NCBI GenBank assembly: GCA_963676215.2
Contig: CAXXVT010000016.1
Span: 45,689-109,688, forward strand
Length of the DNA: 64,000 nt
Reading direction: 5' to 3'
Origin: Opitutales bacterium
GTDB taxonomy: Bacteria > Verrucomicrobiota > Verrucomicrobiia > Opitutales > JAFGAQ01
Shown one piece after another: positions 63,413 through 64,000 of the stretch (within the stretch, counting starts at the first letter, position 1; every line of letters begins with the position of its first letter). The notes under the pieces were generated by a model that was given only the letters and a program-made list of their open reading frames with translations, did no database searches and had not been told where the DNA came from. The position numbers and the translations under genes were made by a program.

Positions 63413-63446
63413 TTTAGGGAGGAGGGGGGAACGACGAACGAAATTA

Positions 63447-63809
63447 CTAATGGTTGGAACGTGCGAGAAGTTTCAGTTTGACGATATCGTTTTGAATGAG
63501 CGCAATTTTTTTAGCTCGGGACCATTTTTTGATTTGGCGTTCACGAGCAACCGCAGATTCCAATGATGTATATTTTTCAAAAAAGACTAAATTTGGAACC
63601 TTGTGATCCTTGGTAAACTTAGAACCTAGGCCATATTTGTGCTTTCTCAGTCTTTCTTTGAGGTTTTTGCTTTGTCCAACGTATAGTTTCCGATCTTCGG
63701 ATTGAAGGACATAAACCCAGTATAGCCCTTCGACAGGCTCTGGGCATTCGATTTCTCTAATTAGAGCACGAGGTTGTTGGTGGCTTTGGAAATGGCCTGC
63801 CATGAGCAC
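63447..63809 (-). CDS. GIY-YIG nuclease-domain protein (second, divergent copy)
   Basis: LYWVYVLQSEDRKLYVGQSKNLKERLRKHK...AVARERQIKKWSRAKK. The N-terminal ~35 codons lie within the 155-bp repeat, so the true start is uncertain. Confidence 0.7.
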   Translation of the reverse strand: MLMAGHFQSHQQPRALIREIECPEPVEGLYWVYVLQSEDRKLYVGQSKNLKERLRKHKYGLGSKFTKDHKVPNLVFFEKYTSLESAVARERQIKKWSRAKKIALIQNDIVKLKLLARSNH

Positions 63810-63896
63810 TTCGACGAGCTCAGTGTGAATTGGAGTGAGGAGAAGAATTCGACAAACGAAATCGAATGGCTGCCCGGGCTGGGATCGAACCAGCGA
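63742..63896. repeat. 155-bp direct repeat, copy 2
   Basis: Identical to 62991..63145, offset by 751 bp. Confidence 0.85.
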
Positions 63897-63941
63897 CCAA
63901 TCGGTTAACAGCCGATCGCTCTACCGCTGAGCTACCGGGCA
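63867..63941 (-). tRNA. tRNA-Asn (anticodon GTT), CCA encoded
   Basis: Minus strand: TGCCCGG-TA-GCTC-AGCGGTA-GAGC-G-ATCGG-CTGTTAA-CCGAT-TGGTC-GCTGG-TTCGATC-CCAGC-CCGGGCA-G-CCA. This is a perfect 75-nt cloverleaf. Confidence 0.92.
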
Positions 63942-64000
63942 ACACGTGAGTTGTAATAACTCAGAAGGAATGTTTAAAAAGAAAATGAGGAAACTCGTCA

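Noticed and set aside
63116-63446. Possibility that the partial tRNA-Asn plus GIY-YIG gene 1 is a tRNA gene interrupted by an intron-encoded homing endonuclease
   Set aside because: No 5' tRNA half (acceptor, D-arm or 5' anticodon stem) is present upstream of the GIY-YIG ORF at 63413-63446. The GIY-YIG ORF also runs into the anticodon loop rather than being bounded by it.

Overview
The gene content (Tat-signal Gfo/Idh/MocA genes, FGE/SUMF1-like remnants, glycoside hydrolases, weak Shine-Dalgarno usage) suggests a Verrucomicrobiota/Planctomycetota-type chromosome; this is inference only. Layout: (1) 1-3.7 kb holds four consecutive decayed genes (two Gfo/Idh/MocA oxidoreductases, a DoxX-like protein, a discoidin-domain protein), each broken by several frameshifts. 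(2) 4-20 kb is ordinary core: LMW phosphatase, fur-sufCBD-sufT with a perfect palindromic Fur-box candidate, gpt, an ArsC/Spx-family protein, truC, a TonB-C protein, SDR, rhomboid, SIMPL, GT2 plus a GT-C glycosyltransferase, ApbE and an NYN-LOTUS protein. Several REP-like palindromic repeat families sit between these genes. (3) 20.4-27.3 kb carries GH5 and GH3 glycosidases plus three paralogous 29-codon hydrophobic mini-ORFs that are missing from the ORF track; each has a CA-rich leader and its own terminator. This stretch also contains a small remnant cassette bracketed by about 116-bp direct repeats. (4) 27.3-48.0 kb is a roughly 20-kb defence/addiction island with no recombinase, partitioned by three copies of a direct repeat. 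It contains RhuM plus an XRE-ImmA fusion, a DUF433/DUF5615 pair, a HigA-ImmA fusion next to a frameshifted higB, and an orphan hsdS fragment. It also contains a SIR2-like gene tightly coupled to a 946-aa tandem KaiC/RecA-like ATPase, which is my top candidate for an undescribed system, and a HigB/Gp49-XRE-SecB toxin-antitoxin-chaperone triad. The island ends with one long minus-strand operon: PD-(D/E)xK/DUF5655 nuclease, hsdR, hsdM, hsdS, a second SIR2-like gene and DUF3800. (5) 48-64 kb returns to core and metabolic genes: DUF1294, satP, MTH1187-like, MOSC, mobA, udp, a His-rich protein, GH67, MgtC/DUF4010, a P1B-4 ATPase, an M50 protease and an ADP-ribosylglycohydrolase-like protein. It ends with tRNA-Asn(GTT), a duplicated tRNA 3' fragment and two GIY-YIG genes. 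I saw no rRNA, CRISPR array, transposase or integrase.
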